Source: Clostridia bacterium | GTDB taxonomy: Bacteria; Bacillota; Clostridia; Oscillospirales; Acutalibacteraceae | Reading direction: 5' to 3' | NCBI GenBank assembly: GCA_017516965.1 | Contig: JAFXAP010000011.1 | Span: 61,219 to 125,218 of the forward strand | Length of the DNA stretch: 64,000 bases | Part shown: positions 45,698 through 56,178 of the stretch, in pieces | Position numbering within the stretch: position 1 is the stretch's first letter | Layout of the letters: every line of letters begins with the position of its first letter | Made by a program: the position numbers and the translations under genes | Notes under the pieces: model-generated | Databases searched by the model: none | What the model was told of the DNA's origin: nothing | The model's input: the letters and a program-made list of their open reading frames with translations, nothing else

Positions 45698-48103
45698 ATG
45701 AAATATAATTACACTGAAATTGAAAAGAAATGGCAGCAAATTTGGGATGATAACAAAACTTTTGCTGCAAAAAATGATTACACTTTACCAAAGTTTTACG
45801 GTCTTGTAGAGTTTCCGTATCCTTCGGGTCAAGGTTTGCATGTAGGACATCCACGTTCATACACCGCAATCGATATTGTTGCCCGTAAAAAGCGTTTGCA
45901 GGGCTTTAACGTTCTTTATCCAATGGGTTGGGACGCGTTTGGTCTTCCTACCGAAAACTTTGCAATTAAAAATCATATTCATCCTGCTGAAGTTACAAAA
46001 ATGAATGTTGCTAACTTTAAGCGCCAGTTAAAATCTTTAGGTTTTTCATTTGACTGGGACAGAGAGGTTAATACAACCGACCCCGAATATTACAAATGGA
46101 CTCAGTGGATTTTCTTACAACTTTATAAAAAAGGTCTTGCATATAAAAAACAAATGGCAGTTAACTGGTGTACTTCATGTAAATGTGTTCTTGCTAACGA
46201 AGAGGTGGTTAACGGCGTTTGTGAACGCTGCGGCAGCGAGGTTGTTCAAAAAGAAAAGAGCCAATGGATGCTTAAAATAACCGATTATGCTGAAAAATTG
46301 TTAGACGGACTTGATGATGTTGATTTTATCGAGCGTGTAAAAACTCAGCAACGCAACTGGATTGGCCGTTCTTACGGTACTTTGGTTGATTTTGGCACTA
46401 CCAGCGGTGACAAGTTCCAGGTGTTTACCACACGTGCAGACACACTCTTTGGTGCTACATACACCGTTTTATCACCTGAACATCCTTTGATTGAAAAATG
46501 GGCTGATAAAATCGAAAACTATGATGAAGTATTGGCTTATAAGCAAGAGGCTGCTAAAAAGTCTGACTTTGAGCGTACTGAACTTGCAAAAGATAAAACC
46601 GGTGTTATGCTGAAAGGAATAAAGGCTGTTAACCCAGTAAACAATACAGAAATCCCGATTTTTATTTCTGATTATGTACTTATTTCATATGGTACTGGTG
46701 CAATTATGGCGGTTCCTGCACACGATACACGTGACTGGGATTTTGCTAAAAAGTTTAATTTGCCAATCATTGAGGTTGTTGCAGGCGGCAATGTAGAGCA
46801 AGAGGCATTTACCGATTGCAATACCGGTGTAATGGTCAACTCTGATTTTCTTAACGGACTTTCTGTTGAGGACGCAAAGGTAAAAATTCAAGAGTGGCTT
46901 ACACAAAAAGGTCTTGGAGAACGTAAAACTAACTATAAGTTACGTGACTGGGTATTTTCTCGCCAAAGATATTGGGGCGAACCTATACCAATGGTATATT
47001 GTGAAAAATGCGGTTATGTGCCACTGCCCGAAAGCGAACTTCCACTAACCCTTCCAAACGTTGATTCATACGAGCCAACCGACAACGGTGAATCACCACT
47101 TGCTAAGATTACCGATTGGGTAAATACAACATGTCCGCACTGTGGTGCTCCCGCAAAACGCGAGACCGATACAATGCCACAGTGGGCTGGTTCATCCTGG
47201 TATTTCTTGCGTTACTGTGACCCAAATAACAGCGATGCTTTGGCTTCAAAAGAAGCGCTTGAATATTGGGGACCGGTTGACTGGTATAACGGTGGTATGG
47301 AGCACACGACACTTCACTTGCTTTATAGTCGTTTCTGGCATCTTTTCTTATATGATATTGGTGTTGTACCTAACAAAGAACCATATGCAAAACGTACAAG
47401 CCACGGTATGATTTTGGGTGAGAACGGTGAAAAAATGTCTAAGTCACGCGGTAACGTTGTAAACCCTGATGAAATTATACGTGATTATGGCGCAGATACA
47501 ATGCGTGTTTATGAAATGTTTATTGGTGACTTTGAAAAGGCTGCTCCTTGGAGCCAGTCTTCAATCAAGGGAAGTAAGCGTTTTCTTGATAAAGTGTTCT
47601 CACTTTGTGATATTTTGGTTGACGGTGATCAATACCGCAGTGAAATTGAGTCTGAAATTCACAAGACAATAAAGAAGGTTACAGACGATATTGAAACTCT
47701 TAAAATGAACACAGCAATTGCAGCGCTTATGTCATTGCTTAACACTATCAGTTCTACAGGTAGTATTAACCGCGCCGAGTTTAAAACATTTATTACCTTG
47801 CTTAATCCTTTTGCTCCTCATATGACCGAGGAACTTTGGGAAATAGCAGGTTTTGACGGTATGCTCAATGCAACCGAGTGGCCTAAATATGATGAAGCTA
47901 AGTGTGTTGATGCCGCCGTTGAAATTGCTGTTCAGGTTAACGGCAAAATTAGGGCTAGAATTAATGTTGCAGCTGATATTGATGCTGCAGGCGCAATAGC
48001 ACTTGCAAAGGCTGAAAGTTCTGTATCGGCTGAAATAGAGGGCAAGACAGTTGTTAAAGAACTTTATGTTCCTAAACGTCTTGTAAACATTGTAGTTAAA
48101 TAA
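45698..48103 (+). CDS. leuS: Leucine--tRNA ligase
   Basis: [15 protein letters not shown], a HIGH-type motif ([10 protein letters not shown]) and KMSKS. The ATG at 45698 follows the rsfS stop directly. Confidence 0.95.
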   Translation: MKYNYTEIEKKWQQIWDDNKTFAAKNDYTLPKFYGLVEFPYPSGQGLHVGHPRSYTAIDIVARKKRLQGFNVLYPMGWDAFGLPTENFAIKNHIHPAEVTKMNVANFKRQLKSLGFSFDWDREVNTTDPEYYKWTQWIFLQLYKKGLAYKKQMAVNWCTSCKCVLANEEVVNGVCERCGSEVVQKEKSQWMLKITDYAEKLLDGLDDVDFIERVKTQQRNWIGRSYGTLVDFGTTSGDKFQVFTTRADTLFGATYTVLSPEHPLIEKWADKIENYDEVLAYKQEAAKKSDFERTELAKDKTGVMLKGIKAVNPVNNTEIPIFISDYVLISYGTGAIMAVPAHDTRDWDFAKKFNLPIIEVVAGGNVEQEAFTDCNTGVMVNSDFLNGLSVEDAKVKIQEWLTQKGLGERKTNYKLRDWVFSRQRYWGEPIPMVYCEKCGYVPLPESELPLTLPNVDSYEPTDNGESPLAKITDWVNTTCPHCGAPAKRETDTMPQWAGSSWYFLRYCDPNNSDALASKEALEYWGPVDWYNGGMEHTTLHLLYSRFWHLFLYDIGVVPNKEPYAKRTSHGMILGENGEKMSKSRGNVVNPDEIIRDYGADTMRVYEMFIGDFEKAAPWSQSSIKGSKRFLDKVFSLCDILVDGDQYRSEIESEIHKTIKKVTDDIETLKMNTAIAALMSLLNTISSTGSINRAEFKTFITLLNPFAPHMTEELWEIAGFDGMLNATEWPKYDEAKCVDAAVEIAVQVNGKIRARINVAADIDAAGAIALAKAESSVSAEIEGKTVVKELYVPKRLVNIVVK

Positions 48104-48114
48104 TAAATTTAATA

Positions 48115-48155
48115 AGACAGTTCGAAACCATCCTGTCTAAAAACAAAACTATGGG
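48115..48155 (+). promoter_or_regulatory. preQ1-I riboswitch aptamer
   Basis: P1 AGACAG (48115-48120) pairs with CTGTCT (48133-48138). The loop is TTCGAAACCATC and the A-rich tail is AAAAACAAAACTATGGG. Loop CCAT can pair with tail ATGG to form pseudoknot P2. Compare B. subtilis queC AGAGGUUCUAGCUACACCCUCUAUAAAAAACUAAGG. The downstream gene is a YhhQ-type transporter. Confidence 0.7.
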
Positions 48156-48166
48156 CTAAAAATTTA

Positions 48167-48198
48167 AGACGCACCCGTAGTATAGGTGCGTCTTTTTT
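48167..48198 (+). terminator. Rho-independent terminator: leuS terminator and/or preQ1 expression platform
   Basis: AGACGCACC (48167-48175) pairs with GGTGCGTCT (48185-48193), followed by TTTTT. Confidence 0.8.
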
Positions 48199-48221
48199 GC
48201 CCTTTATGAAAGGGAATTTAT

Positions 48222-48926
48222 ATGAGAAATGAATTATTACTTATCGGTTCCGTAATTTTAATTTACGGTGCTGTACTTATAGCATACAAAATTTTTGGTA
48301 AAATTGGTATGTATGTTATGACGGTTATTGCCACAATTCTTGCAAATATTGAAGTTTTAATGTTGGTCGATGGCTTTGGTATGGAACAAACACTTGGTAA
48401 TGTTATGTTTGCTTCAACCTATTTGGTAACCGACATTTTAAGCGAAAACGAGGGTAAAAAATATGCAACAAAAGCTGTTTGGATTGGCGTTTTCACATCG
48501 GTAGTTATGCTGATTTTTACACAATATTGGCTATTTTACAGCCCAAGCGGTAATGACTGGGCGCGTGAACATATTTCAGCAATTTTCAGTACAACACCAC
48601 GATTGCTTGCGGCAAGTTTCTTGGGTTATATTATATCTCAACGGTTTGATGTTTGGCTATATCATAAATGGTGGGACATAACAACAAAAAAAACAGGGGA
48701 TAGCAAGGCTTTTTTATGGCTTAGAAATAACGGTTCAACACTTGTTTCACAAATTGTAAATACAGTTATTTTTAACACAGTAGCTTTTTTTGGAATTTAC
48801 GAATTAAAAACCTTTATTTCAATAATGATTTCAAGTTATGTGATTTATATATTTACGAGTTTATTAGATACTCCTGTAGTATATATTGCAAGATGGATGA
48901 AAAACAAAGGCTATATAAATGAATAA
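48222..48926 (+). CDS. yhhQ: Queuosine-precursor transporter, YhhQ/DUF165 (VUT) family
   Basis: A six-TM protein with ..ANIEV...........G.....ASTYLVTDILSE..GKK.A.. and ..LRNNGSTLVSQ..NT.IF typical of YhhQ. It is preceded by a preQ1 riboswitch. Confidence 0.75.
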   Translation: MRNELLLIGSVILIYGAVLIAYKIFGKIGMYVMTVIATILANIEVLMLVDGFGMEQTLGNVMFASTYLVTDILSENEGKKYATKAVWIGVFTSVVMLIFTQYWLFYSPSGNDWAREHISAIFSTTPRLLAASFLGYIISQRFDVWLYHKWWDITTKKTGDSKAFLWLRNNGSTLVSQIVNTVIFNTVAFFGIYELKTFISIMISSYVIYIFTSLLDTPVVYIARWMKNKGYINE

Positions 48927-49037
48927 AATAAATGCGTAACTGTATTTTATATTACAACAATTTTACGCTTTAAAGTGTTGATTTTTTGTTTTATGTGTGA
49001 TATAATATTGTTTATTAATTTTTGGTAGGTGTATATT

Positions 49038-50618
49038 ATGACAGGTTATGATTGGGTAATACTTTGCACCATTTTTATTTATATGATAATGATGGTTGCT
49101 ATTGGTTTTGCCGTATCGGGTAGAAATAAAACATCCGATGATTTTTATTTAGGCGGAAGGAAATTAGGACCACTTGTTACTGCAATGAGTGCAGAAGCAT
49201 CTGATATGAGTGGTTGGTTACTTATGGGTCTTCCTGCCGTTGCAATGATGGGTGGCTTGGCAGAAGCCAGTTGGACTGCAATTGGATTGGCTATTGGTAC
49301 ATATCTTAATTGGTTGTTTGTTGCAAAACGTTTACGTGTGTATAGTAATCGTATTGGCGCATTTACATTGCCGGATTTCTTCACACAACGTTTTGGCGAT
49401 AAAGCAAAGGTTATGACCACAATAGCTGCTTTATTTATCATTGTTTTCTTTGTTCCATACACAGCGTCAGGTTTCGCTGCTTGTGGCAAATTATTTGGTT
49501 CACTTTTTGGTATGGACTATCATCTTGCTATGATACTTAGCGCAATTGTAATAATTGTATATTGCACACTTGGCGGTTTCTTTGCTGCATCTACTACTGA
49601 CTTTATTCAAAGCATAATAATGACAGTAGCTTTGATTGTGGTTGTTGGTTTTGGTGAGGGTATTGCAGGTGGATTTAGCAATATCTTTAGCAATGTTAAG
49701 GGGCTTGACGGTTATCTTGATCTGTTTAAAGGCTTTAACGTTGCTACCGGCACAACTGGTAGCTATGGTACATTACCTGTAATTTCGACACTCGCATGGG
49801 GTCTTGGTTACTTTGGTATGCCACACATTTTACTTCGATTTATGGCTATTGAAGACGAAAAGAAATTAAAACTTTCTCGTCGTGTTGCATCTATTTGGGT
49901 TGTAATTTCGATGGGTGTTGCAGTGCTTATTGGTGTTGTTGGTTATACACTTATGCAAAAGGGTGTTTTACCGCAATATGCTGATGCATCAGCGGCTGAA
50001 ACAATAATTGTTGATATTTCAAAATTCCTAAGCAAATACGGTTACGTTTCTGCGCTTGGTGCCGGTATAATACTTGCGGGTATTTTAGCTTCTACAATGT
50101 CTACTGCCGATTCACAACTGCTTGCGGCTTCATCAAGCATTTCACAAAATCTTTTGCAGGAAACTTTTGGAATTAAAATGTCTAATAAAGTTTCAATGTG
50201 GGTTGCGAGAATTTCAGTTGTTGCGATTTCAGTAGTTGCTATTTTCTTGGCTTGGAATCCTAACAGTTCGGTATTTAGAATTGTTTCGTTTGCCTGGGCA
50301 GGTTTTGGTGGCGCGTTTGGTCCTGTAATGCTTTGCGCGTTGTTCTGGAAACGCACTACAAAACAGGGAGCAATTGCAGGTATGATTTCAGGTGGCCTTG
50401 TTGTATTTATTTACAAATGGCTCAGAGACGGCTTTACATTTGGTGATAAATTAACGGGTGCATTTATCGATGGAACGATATTTGATATCTACGAATTATT
50501 ACCGGCATTTGTTATTGGTATTGCTGTAATTTTTGTTGTAAGTTTACTTACCAAAAAACCTGAAGATGAAATTACAAATACTTTTGACGAAGTTAAAGCG
50601 CTTTGCAAAACAAAATGA
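49038..50618 (+). CDS. putP: Sodium:solute symporter family protein, PutP-like sodium/proline symporter
   Basis: DFYLGGRKLGPLVTAMSAEASDMSGWLLMGLP closely matches the PutP N-terminal signature. About 13 TM segments. Confidence 0.75.
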   Translation: MTGYDWVILCTIFIYMIMMVAIGFAVSGRNKTSDDFYLGGRKLGPLVTAMSAEASDMSGWLLMGLPAVAMMGGLAEASWTAIGLAIGTYLNWLFVAKRLRVYSNRIGAFTLPDFFTQRFGDKAKVMTTIAALFIIVFFVPYTASGFAACGKLFGSLFGMDYHLAMILSAIVIIVYCTLGGFFAASTTDFIQSIIMTVALIVVVGFGEGIAGGFSNIFSNVKGLDGYLDLFKGFNVATGTTGSYGTLPVISTLAWGLGYFGMPHILLRFMAIEDEKKLKLSRRVASIWVVISMGVAVLIGVVGYTLMQKGVLPQYADASAAETIIVDISKFLSKYGYVSALGAGIILAGILASTMSTADSQLLAASSSISQNLLQETFGIKMSNKVSMWVARISVVAISVVAIFLAWNPNSSVFRIVSFAWAGFGGAFGPVMLCALFWKRTTKQGAIAGMISGGLVVFIYKWLRDGFTFGDKLTGAFIDGTIFDIYELLPAFVIGIAVIFVVSLLTKKPEDEITNTFDEVKALCKTK

Positions 50619-50631
50619 TTTATAAAATTTT

Positions 50632-50670
50632 AAAAAACGGTCTGTTTTATTCAAAACAGACCGTTTTTTT
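50632..50670 (+). terminator. Rho-independent terminator after putP
   Basis: CGGTCTGTTTT (50638-50648) pairs with AAAACAGACCG (50653-50663), followed by TTTTTTT. Confidence 0.85.
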
Positions 50671-50714
50671 GTAACAAATTATTCTTTTTTGATTATTATG
50701 TAATATCAGGGGGA

Positions 50715-50873
50715 ATGAAAATGCGAAGAAGACACAGCAATACAAACAAAGGCTTAATAGGGATTGTTTTTGCTTTAGGATTGCTTATCAGTTGTTTTTG
50801 TCCTCCTAAGTTTTTAATTGGCATACTTGCAATATGGGTAATTATTCTTGGAATATCATGTTGCAAACATTAA
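50715..50873 (+). CDS. Small membrane protein (52 aa), below the ORF-track length cutoff
   Basis: AGGGGGA SD. My translation is MKMRRRHSNTNKGLIGIVFALGLLISCFCPPKFLIGILAIWVIILGISCCKH, with two hydrophobic helices. It is directly followed by spoVM. Confidence 0.45.
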   Translation: MKMRRRHSNTNKGLIGIVFALGLLISCFCPPKFLIGILAIWVIILGISCCKH

Positions 50874-50885
50874 CGGAGGTATTTT

Positions 50886-50969
50886 ATGAAAGTTGTCTTG
50901 ATTAAGAGCCCAAAAATTTTAAGCGGTTTTTTAAGAATGATTTTTGGAATAAAAAAGCAAGGTGTATAA
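50886..50969 (+). CDS. spoVM: Stage V sporulation protein M (27 aa), below the ORF-track length cutoff
   Basis: GGAGGT lies 5 nt before the ATG. My translation is MKVVLIKSPKILSGFLRMIFGIKKQGV; B. subtilis SpoVM is MKFYTIKLPKFLGGIVRAMLGSFRKD. They share the MK..IK.PK.L.G..R...G pattern and length. Confidence 0.7.
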   Translation: MKVVLIKSPKILSGFLRMIFGIKKQGV

Positions 50970-50975
50970 ATACAT

Positions 50976-51005
50976 AAAACCCCGACCGTATTGGTCGGGG
51001 TTTTT
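50976..51005. terminator. Bidirectional terminator between spoVM (+) and guaB (-)
   Basis: CCCCGACC (50980-50987) pairs with GGTCGGGG (50993-51000). It is flanked by AAAA and TTTTT. Confidence 0.85.
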
Positions 51006-51014
51006 AGTTAAATA

Positions 51015-52523
51015 TTATTTAATTGTACCAAGAGATGTTTCTTTTTGAATAACGTCGTGTGCGCCGCCTTCTACAATACTTGTTGCAGATACAAGGGTGA
51101 GTTTAGCTTTATCGCGGAACTCAGGAATTGAAAGCGCGCCACAGTTGCACATTGTTGATTTTACCTTGCTAAGTGATAAAGCGACGTTGTCTTTTAGAGC
51201 GCCTGCGTATGGAACATAAGAGTCAACGCCTTCTTCAAAGGACAACTTCTTGTCGCCACCAAGGTCATAACGCTGCCAGTTACGAGCGCGCGCAGAACCT
51301 TCGCCCCAATATTCTTTATAGTAACTACCGTTAAGACGAACCTTGTTTGAAGGGCTCTCATCAAAACGAGCAAAATAACGACCAAGCATTACAAAGTCAG
51401 CGCCCATTGCAAGTGAAAGTGTGATGTGGTGATCGTGAACAATACCACCATCAGAACAAACGGGAACATAAATACCGGTTTCTTCATAATATTCGTCACG
51501 AGCTTTACAAACCTCAATAAGAGCAGTTGCCTGACCGCGACCAATACCTTTGGTTTCACGAGTAATACAAATTGAACCGCCGCCAATACCAACTTTAATA
51601 AAGTCAGCGCCACAGTCAGCAAGGAAACGGAAGCCTTCAGCATCAACAACGTTACCTGCGCCAACCTTAACACTGTCACCATAGTGTTCGCGAATCCAAG
51701 CAATAGTTAACTTTTGCCATTCGCTAAAACCTTCAGAAGAGTCAATACAAAGAACATCGGCGCCGGCTTCAATAAGAGCAGGAACGCGCTGTGCATAGTC
51801 TCGTGTATTAATACCTGCGCCTACAACATAACGCTTTTTGCTGTCAAGCAATTCGTTTGGATTTTCTTTATGAGCCTCGTAGTCTTTTCTGAATACAAAA
51901 TACATAAGATTACCGTTTGAATCAACAATAGGGAGTGAATTAAGTTTGTTGTCCCAAATGATATCATTTGCTTGCTTAAGTGTTGTGTTTTGATCGCCAA
52001 CAACAAGTTTTTCATATGGTGTCATAAATTCTGCAACAGGTGTTGACTTGTCCATACGGCTTACGCGATAGTCACGACTGGTAACAATACCTAAAAGTTT
52101 GCCGTTTGCACTGCCATCAGAGGTTACTGCAACGGTAGAAAAACCGTTCTCCTCTTTTAGATTTAAAATATCTTGTAATGTGCTGTCAGGTGTTACATTT
52201 GACATACTTACAACAAAACCTGCTTTATATGCTTTTGCGCGAGCAACCATCGCAGCTTCATCTTCAACGGTTTGTGAACCATATATAAATGAAACACCGC
52301 CTTCGCGTGCAAGCGCTACAGCCAATTTTTCACCTGAAACGGATTGCATTATAGCAGATACCATAGGTATATTCATACTGATGCTGGGTTCTTCGCCCTT
52401 TTTGAATTTAACAAGGGGAGTTTTAAGTGATACATTAGCAGGCACACACTCAGCAGAGGAATAACCGGGAACCAAAAGGTACTCATTAAAAGTGTGTGAT
52501 ACTTCGTTGAAAAAATAAGCCAT
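51015..52523 (-). CDS. guaB: IMP dehydrogenase (GuaB family, with CBS pair)
   Basis: [11 protein letters not shown].., a CBS-pair insert, the catalytic loop [13 protein letters not shown] (Cys), and ..GGI....HI..ALA.GAD.VM.G. 502 aa. Confidence 0.8.
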   Translation of the reverse strand: MAYFFNEVSHTFNEYLLVPGYSSAECVPANVSLKTPLVKFKKGEEPSISMNIPMVSAIMQSVSGEKLAVALAREGGVSFIYGSQTVEDEAAMVARAKAYKAGFVVSMSNVTPDSTLQDILNLKEENGFSTVAVTSDGSANGKLLGIVTSRDYRVSRMDKSTPVAEFMTPYEKLVVGDQNTTLKQANDIIWDNKLNSLPIVDSNGNLMYFVFRKDYEAHKENPNELLDSKKRYVVGAGINTRDYAQRVPALIEAGADVLCIDSSEGFSEWQKLTIAWIREHYGDSVKVGAGNVVDAEGFRFLADCGADFIKVGIGGGSICITRETKGIGRGQATALIEVCKARDEYYEETGIYVPVCSDGGIVHDHHITLSLAMGADFVMLGRYFARFDESPSNKVRLNGSYYKEYWGEGSARARNWQRYDLGGDKKLSFEEGVDSYVPYAGALKDNVALSLSKVKSTMCNCGALSIPEFRDKAKLTLVSATSIVEGGAHDVIQKETSLGTIK

Positions 52524-52667
52524 TTTTGTACAACACCTTTCTTTAAAATAAACAATATTTTATATTTTTACAATTATATCTTTTTTAAAAGCAAATGTCA
52601 ATGTGTTTTTCTACAAATTATATAAATAAATATGTTAAAAATTTTATAAAAATATGGAAATTGGTTC

Positions 52668-52696
52668 TTGACAAAAGTAGGAGGTATATATATAAT
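52668..52696 (+). promoter_or_regulatory. SigA-type promoter of yceD-rpmF
   Basis: TTGACA (52668-52673), a 17-nt spacer, then TATAAT (52691-52696). Confidence 0.75.
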
Positions 52697-52733
52697 ATAC
52701 TTCGTGACTTAAGGTCATTTTGTGAGGTGCAGT

Positions 52734-53231
52734 ATGATTCTTGATTTAAAACGCATCTTTGCTAACGAGAATTCGTCGTTAGATATTGAACATTCACTTG
52801 ATATGAGTGATGTGGATTTTATGGGTAACTATCCGCTCAAAAAGCCCATTAAAATTTCGGGTTCAGTTTTTAACAGAGCAAGCGTTGTGTCTTTGAACTT
52901 AAATATAGAATATGCCTTTGCGTCTCCGTGTGACCGTTGCGGTGTTGACACCGAACACAACCATACCGTTATTGTTGATAAATTGCTTGCCACTGCTATA
53001 GAGAGACAGGAAAGTGACACAATTATCACCATTCCGGATATGAAATTAGATGTGGACGAGTTTGTGTATTCTGAAGTCATTTTAGATTTGCCGAGCAAAC
53101 ATTTGTGCAAAGATTCCTGTAAAGGTATTTGTTTTAAATGCGGCAAAAACCTAAACGAAGGCGAGTGTAATTGCGAAACCCGTGAGGTTGACCCAAGACT
53201 TGCCAAGCTTATGGAATTACTTGATAATTAA
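52734..53231 (+). CDS. yceD: YceD/DUF177 family protein (large-subunit assembly associated)
   Basis: C-terminal ...C...CKG.C.KCG.NLN.G.C.C......DPRL..L. It lies directly upstream of rpmF, the canonical arrangement. Confidence 0.8.
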   Translation: MILDLKRIFANENSSLDIEHSLDMSDVDFMGNYPLKKPIKISGSVFNRASVVSLNLNIEYAFASPCDRCGVDTEHNHTVIVDKLLATAIERQESDTIITIPDMKLDVDEFVYSEVILDLPSKHLCKDSCKGICFKCGKNLNEGECNCETREVDPRLAKLMELLDN

Positions 53232-53265
53232 ATTATTCAACATTTATGTTAAGGAGGTGCTGAAA

Positions 53266-53448
53266 ATGGCAGTACCGAAGAGAAAAACTTCTAAAGCAAG
53301 AAGAGACAAGAGAAGAAACAACTTATGGAAGCTTACCGCTCCTACATTGGTAAGATGTTCTGATTGTGGTGAGTACAAGCGTCCCCACAGAATTTGCCCT
53401 GCTTGTGGCAAATATAACGGCCGTCAGGTTGTAGAAATCGCAGAATAA
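53266..53448 (+). CDS. rpmF: 50S ribosomal protein L32
   Basis: MAVPKRKTSKARRDKRR plus a CxxC...CxxC zinc ribbon. AAGGAGGTG SD. Confidence 0.95.
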   Translation: MAVPKRKTSKARRDKRRNNLWKLTAPTLVRCSDCGEYKRPHRICPACGKYNGRQVVEIAE

Positions 53449-53458
53449 TTAATTTTAA

Positions 53459-53490
53459 AGAGGAGGAGCAAAATCCTCCTCTTGTTTTTT
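53459..53490 (+). terminator. Rho-independent terminator after rpmF
   Basis: AGAGGAGGA pairs with TCCTCCTCT, followed by TGTTTTTT. Confidence 0.85.
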
Positions 53491-53537
53491 ATTTAAAAAT
53501 ATCGTATAATATTTGATTAGCAAAGGTGGTGTAAGTT

Positions 53538-54839
53538 ATGTCTGTTATAATTAAAGATGTTGAAAAGAAAAGTCCTGCTGCAAAGGCGGGAATTAAAGCG
53601 GGTGACACACTTGTTTCTTTAAACGACAACATAATAATGGACGTGCTTGACTACCGTTTTTATCAAAACAATGAAAAGATTATAGCCGAAATTATAAATT
53701 CAAAAAATAAGATAAAAAAAGTTAAAATAAAAAAAGGTGAGTTTGACGAAATAGGTCTACAGTTTGATACCTATTTAATGGACGAAAAGCGTTCTTGCAA
53801 AAATAAATGTGTTTTTTGCTTTATAGACCAGTTACCCAAAGGACTTCGCGACAGCCTTTATTTTAAAGATGATGACTCACGTCTTTCTTTTTTATTTGGT
53901 AACTATATAACCCTTACCAATATTACCGAGCACGAAATTGAACGTATTATTAATATGCACATAAGCCCAATTAACATTTCGGTTCATACCACAAATCCTG
54001 AACTGCGCGTAAAAATGATGACCAATAAAAACGCGGGTAAGGTTTTAGAAGTTATGCGCCGTTTTAACGATGCCGGTATTAAAATGAACAGTCAATTGGT
54101 ATTGTGTCCGGGGCTCAATGATGGTGACGAGCTTCGTCGCAGTTTAAACGACCTTTTGGAACTCGAAAATATGGAATGTATTGCAGCAGTACCTGTTGGT
54201 CTTACCAAGTATCGTGATGGGCTTTCTAAGCTTGAACCTTTTAATAAAGATACGGCTACGCAAGTGCTTGAGATTATTGATGAGTATGCTTTAAAATCTG
54301 TGCAAAAATATGGCGACAGGCGTATTTATGGCTCTGATGAATTTTATCTCTTGTCGGGCAAAGAAATTCCAGAGGCTGAGTTTTATGGTGATTTTTTACA
54401 GCTTGAAAACGGTGTAGGTCTTTGGTCAATTTTAAAATCAGAGGCTATTGATGCTATTACTGATATTGAACAAAATTTTACCGACCGTCACATATCAATT
54501 GCAACAGGTGTTGCGGCGTACCCGCTGTTAAAAAATATTGCTAATTTATGTGAGCAAAAATGCAGTGGGCTAAAATGCGATGTCTTTGCTATTAAAAATG
54601 ATTTTTTTGGTGAAAAAATAACCGTTGCAGGTCTTGTTACTGCTACTGATATATATAATCAGTTAAAAGATAAAGATTTGGGTGAAGCTTTATTTATACC
54701 GTCAAGTATGCTAAGAGCCGAGGGCGATATGTTTCTTGACAGTATAACGGTTGAAGAACTATCTCAAAAACTTAAAATTAAAATTATTCCAATAGATAAC
54801 GATGGTTATGCGTTGGTAAACGCTATAACAAACGGTTAG
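53538..54839 (+). CDS. PDZ-domain plus radical-SAM-like (DUF512) protein
   Basis: An N-terminal PDZ-like segment (SPAAKAGIKAGDTLVSLND), CKNKCVFCF (CxxxCxxC), and a long C-terminal domain. It has the conserved position upstream of der in Clostridia. Confidence 0.65.
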   Translation: MSVIIKDVEKKSPAAKAGIKAGDTLVSLNDNIIMDVLDYRFYQNNEKIIAEIINSKNKIKKVKIKKGEFDEIGLQFDTYLMDEKRSCKNKCVFCFIDQLPKGLRDSLYFKDDDSRLSFLFGNYITLTNITEHEIERIINMHISPINISVHTTNPELRVKMMTNKNAGKVLEVMRRFNDAGIKMNSQLVLCPGLNDGDELRRSLNDLLELENMECIAAVPVGLTKYRDGLSKLEPFNKDTATQVLEIIDEYALKSVQKYGDRRIYGSDEFYLLSGKEIPEAEFYGDFLQLENGVGLWSILKSEAIDAITDIEQNFTDRHISIATGVAAYPLLKNIANLCEQKCSGLKCDVFAIKNDFFGEKITVAGLVTATDIYNQLKDKDLGEALFIPSSMLRAEGDMFLDSITVEELSQKLKIKIIPIDNDGYALVNAITNG

Positions 54840-54849
54840 GAGGTATAAT

Positions 54850-56178
54850 ATGGCTAAACCGATTATTGCCGTAGTTGGCAGACCAAATGTTGGTAAATCG
54901 ACCTTATTTAATAAGCTTATCGGTAAAAGACTGTCAATTGTTGATGACACTCCGGGTGTTACACGTGACCGTATCTACGGCGATACCGAATGGCGCGGTA
55001 AGAAGGTTATGCTTGTTGATACAGGCGGTATTGAACCCAAGACAAACGATATTATTTTGTCGGGTATGCGCTCACAGGCTCAACTTGCCATTGATACCGC
55101 TAATGTAATAATTATGGTTTGTGATATGCAGACAGGTGTTACTGCAACCGATAGTGAAATCGCTTCTATGCTTTTAAAAAGCGGAAAACACATTGTGCTT
55201 TGTGTAAATAAGTGCGATAAAATCGGCGATGTACCACCCGAATTTTACGAGTTTTATAACCTTGGTCTTGGTGACCCGATACCTGTATCTTCGGTACACG
55301 GTCACGGAACAGGCGATTTGCTTGATGCGGCGTATGATTTCTTGCCGGAAGACGATTTTGAAGAAGAGGAAGATATCATAAACGTTGCGGTTATTGGCAA
55401 ACCAAATGCAGGTAAATCTTCTCTTGTAAATAAAATTACAGGTGAAGAACGTGCTATTGTATCAAATATTGCGGGTACAACACGTGATGCTATCGACTCA
55501 CTGGTTGTTAATAAATTTGGTAAATTTAATTTTATTGATACCGCAGGTCTTCGCCGTAATAGCCGAGTTGAAGATAAAATTGAAAAATACAGCGTTATAC
55601 GCGCAAAAATGGCAATTGAACGCTCTGACGTTTGTGTTATTATGATTGACGGCACCGATGGTTTTACCGAGCAGGACTCTAAGGTAGCAGGTCTTGCGCT
55701 CGAAGAGGGTAAGGCTTGTATTATTGCAGTAAATAAATGGGATATTGTAGAAAAAGACGGTCAGACAATGGACAATTACCGTAAAAAACTTATGGTTGAT
55801 TTTGCATTTATGCCTTATGCGCCTATAATTTTCATTTCAGCAAAAACAGGTCAAAGACTCGATCGACTTTTTGAGCTTATAAATTATGTTCGCACTCAAA
55901 ATACAATGCGAATTTCCACAGGTAAGCTCAATGATATTCTTGCGGATGCTACTGCTCGTGTGCAACCGCCCTCTGATAAAGGTAAGCGTTTAAAGATATA
56001 CTATATGACTCAGGCATCTACCTGTCCGCCTACATTTGTATGTTTTTGTAACAATGCTGAACTTTTTCATTTTTCATATCAGCGTTATCTTGAAAATCAA
56101 ATTCGTTCAACCTTTGGTCTTGAGGGTACTCCTGTGAGATTTGTTATTCGTGAGAGAGGAGATAAAAACGCGAAATGA
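54850..56178 (+). CDS. der: Ribosome-biogenesis GTPase Der (EngA)
   Basis: Two tandem G domains (GRPNVGKST and GKPNAGKSS, DTGG and DTAG, NKCD and NKWD) plus a KH-like C-terminus. Confidence 0.95.
   Translation: MAKPIIAVVGRPNVGKSTLFNKLIGKRLSIVDDTPGVTRDRIYGDTEWRGKKVMLVDTGGIEPKTNDIILSGMRSQAQLAIDTANVIIMVCDMQTGVTATDSEIASMLLKSGKHIVLCVNKCDKIGDVPPEFYEFYNLGLGDPIPVSSVHGHGTGDLLDAAYDFLPEDDFEEEEDIINVAVIGKPNAGKSSLVNKITGEERAIVSNIAGTTRDAIDSLVVNKFGKFNFIDTAGLRRNSRVEDKIEKYSVIRAKMAIERSDVCVIMIDGTDGFTEQDSKVAGLALEEGKACIIAVNKWDIVEKDGQTMDNYRKKLMVDFAFMPYAPIIFISAKTGQRLDRLFELINYVRTQNTMRISTGKLNDILADATARVQPPSDKGKRLKIYYMTQASTCPPTFVCFCNNAELFHFSYQRYLENQIRSTFGLEGTPVRFVIRERGDKNAK

Noticed and set aside
52524-52720. A purine or guanine riboswitch upstream of guaB
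   Set aside because: The region is extremely AT-rich. It lacks the conserved three-way-junction motifs and looks like divergent promoter DNA only.
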